A stretch of 64,000 bases of DNA from positions 20,770,001 to 20,834,000 of the forward strand of contig OX638153.1 in assembly GCA_951804945.1 (NCBI GenBank). The letters are read 5' to 3'. The stretch's first letter is position 1. Each line of letters begins with the position of its first letter. A program made the translations under genes and the position numbers. Under the pieces are notes generated by a model. That model was not told the DNA's origin. It saw only the letters and a program-made list of their open reading frames with translations, and did no database searches. Source of the DNA: Podarcis cretensis. Taxonomy: Eukaryota. Shown here piece after piece: positions 61,393 to 64,000 of this stretch.

Positions 61393-62050
61393 ATGCCTAG
61401 AAGAGGCATAATATTTCAAGCCAGAACTCGGTGGCTGTTGGTCGGTCTTGCCTTGCTGTTGAGTTTGTTGCTGTTTATGTACCTCCTTGAATGTGCTCCA
61501 CAAACGGATGGCAATGGATCACTTCCTGGCATTGTAGGGGAGAGTTTTGGCAAGGAACACTACCAAGCCCTCCTGCAGGAGCAAGAAGAACATTACCAAA
61601 CCAGAGCTATGAGCCTCAAGCGCCAAATTGCTCAGTTAAAGCAGGAGCTTCAGGAAATGAGTGACAAGTTAAAATTGTTACAGGAGAAGAAAACCCCAAG
61701 AGTCAACAGCATGGGCTATCAAGGCACCAAAGAACAAGCACCCAATGATCTCCTGGAATACCTGCATTCTCAAATAGACAAAGCTGAAGTGAGCATGGGG
61801 GCCAAGCTGCCTAGTGAATATGGAGTCGTTCCTTTTGAAAGCTTTACTTCCATGAAGGTGTTCCAGCTGGAAATGGGGCTAACGCGACACCCAGAGGAGA
61901 AACCTGTGAGGAAAGATAAGCGAGATGAATTGGTGGAAGTAATTGAGGCTGGCCTCGAGGTAATCAATAATCCAGATGAAGAAGATGGTCAAGATGAAGA
62001 TGACGGAATAGGGGAGAGACAGCTTTACAATGAAAACGATTTTATAGAAG
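61393..62050 (+). CDS. CSGALNACT2: chondroitin sulfate N-acetylgalactosaminyltransferase 2, first coding exon (gene continues beyond window)
   Basis: MPRRGIIFQARTRWLLVGLALLLSLLLFMYLLECAPQTDGN... type II membrane anchor, coiled coil, KVFQLEMGLTRHPEEKPVRKDKRDEL...NDFIEG|gt; lies next to RET as in human. Confidence 0.95.
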
Positions 62051-62929
62051 GTACTTTATGCATTTTTGAATTCTAGTTCATAATATGGTGGTCTATACCA
62101 AATGGCAGAATTTCTGAGACAGAAGACCGGCTTTCCCCAACCAGGTAGTCTGTAGGTGCTTTGGACTACAATTCCTTTCTGCATATGACCAGGGACGGCA
62201 GGCGTTGTAGTCTGAAACATCTGGAGGGTGTAGAAGGTTGCAGTAGGTCATTAAATAACAGGTTTGGGGGATGGCACCATGAAATTGCAAGCACTGCCCT
62301 TGACTTGTGTGTGAATTTCCCTATATCCTTTCTACACTGGTTCTCCAAGTGAGTTTCTAAGCATACCCGGTTTACTTTAACCTGTGTAGCCTTTGCATCA
62401 TTACCCAGCCAGATAGAGGGCCAAAGTGTGTACAAGGTAAGGGAATGCACTTTTCTGCGGCTCACTCCTATCTCCTTAATCCCTATTCATCCCTTGAGAC
62501 TGAACCAGCCTTGGTTTATAGATATCACAGGAATGATGCACTTTTCTTTACTGGTAACTGCAATGATATTGGGTGGAATTCAGCATCATGCTTTGATTAA
62601 CATTCTGTCTGTGCAATCATTTCGGCTTGCCACACAGAATGTTCCCCGTTCTCTTGCCCCCATGTGCTGTTCTCAGGGTTCTTACCCCTCCAGAGCCAAT
62701 TTTGGGAGGTGCGGGGTGGGGAATCCCTGTTGTGCATGTGGAAGACTTCAAACAGGCCTTCCACTACTAACAGGGCTTTTAGGTGAATCCCACCCGTTGC
62801 AGTCCTTCTCTTATAATATTTACTCTGTTGCGAATTTAAGGATTAATGATAACTACAACAGAAATCCAGATACTCCATCAAAGCAGGAAATAGTTACTGG
62901 CCTAGTGTTTGTGATTTATTTATATAATT

Positions 62930-63090
62930 ACTTATTTATTAAATTTGTATACCATCCTATATACCTTCAGGTCACAAGGCAGTTCACAGGATAAAATCAC
63001 AATATAAAAAACATCAAAATAAAAACAAAAGCAACCCAATAACACCCCATCCCAAAAAAATCCAACCCTCATTTTAAAAGGGCATTGGAT
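62930..63090 (-). mobile_element. L2-like 3' end
   Basis: Matches 38180-38335 (aaatttgtatacc...cattttaaaagggcat). Confidence 0.65.
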
Positions 63091-64000
63091 ATGAATCATG
63101 AATTGGATGTGAAACATGATGTGTTTCATGTTATGCCTATGTGTGTGTAGAGAAGAAGCATTATATTATTGCTCAAGAAAATGAACAATGGTTAGAACCA
63201 GATCATTTATATGGTGTAAATTTGCATGAAGCAGTTGGAATGGTGCAGATTTGACAGCTGCCAGCTAAGTAGTCCATTTGAGGGTTAAAAAATGAAAAAC
63301 AAAAACAAACAAAGACCTTAAATCATTATTCATTTTTGGATCAACTTTTACAATTCCAAATTTAACTCTGTTGCTGTCGTTATTTAAAGGAGACTATCAA
63401 TAACACACTCCCCTACCTGATGAACATATGTCATAAGCTTTACACTTTTGTGTGTTCGAGTCCCCCTCCCCCCCAAAAAAATAATCTGACTGGCCTGAAG
63501 TCTCAGCATTCTGTTTTGCATGCACAACTTGTGGTGTATCACTGTCATATGTGTTGGACTACCAGGAGCTCAGTAAACTACCTGAGGGTTTATTCCCTGC
63601 CTACCATGGTTTAAAAACAAGGGGGAATTGTCCAGTAGCTGGTGGGTTGCATCTTCTCTGGTGTGCAGGGCTGCCAATTATTGCATATGTATATAATATA
63701 TTGCTTACTCATTCAGTATTTTGGCATCTGATTTATAGGAGGCCACTTCATACCGTGTCAGAGCATTGATCCATCTAGCTTAGCACTGTGTGCTCCAGAA
63801 GTGGGGGAACCTTTTTCAGCCAGGGGGCAACAATCCCTTCTTGGCAACCTAATGATCTGTAGGATGAAAGGGAAGACACTCAGAAATAAAAAGCCCCTAC
63901 AGTGTCCTTGGCCACCTTGCAACGATGAGGCAAACTCAAAACCCTGCACATAGCAAACTTCTAAAGGAATTCTCAAGTGCCCTGGGAATGAGGCAGAAAA

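Noticed and set aside
62428-62994. 188-aa + strand ORF in the CSGALNACT2 intron
   Set aside because: Starts at GTG, has no recognisable domain or exon-like boundaries, and runs into an L2 tail; probably chance

Overview
Eukaryotic genomic DNA, very likely from a squamate and probably a lacertid lizard (inferred from Sauria-type SINEs and the repeat content). It holds the 3' part of the RET receptor tyrosine kinase gene on the + strand: exons 7-20 by human numbering, ~2.0-33.1 kb, with both the RET9 and RET51 C-termini. About 12 kb further on lie the CpG-island promoter, non-coding first exon and first coding exon of CSGALNACT2 (+ strand), the RET-CSGALNACT2 order also known in human. All called coding-exon junctions are GT-AG and phase-consistent. 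Introns and intergenic DNA are rich in Sauria SINEs, other tRNA-derived SINEs, L2/CR1/L1 fragments, Tc1/mariner and hAT MITEs, a Penelope-like remnant and an LTR-like element, several of them nested. The best leads are: (1) a CpG-rich LTR-like element in RET intron 17 with a core promoter, a SOX-OCT composite motif and a poly(A) signal in sense orientation; (2) inverted Sauria SINEs bracketing the in-frame RET exon 13; (3) a hydrophobic uORF peptide in the CSGALNACT2 leader; (4) RET coding differences (L773H-equivalent in helix alphaC, an extra YxN motif in RET51). All functional roles are hypotheses. Comparisons to human RET are from memory and were not run as alignments.
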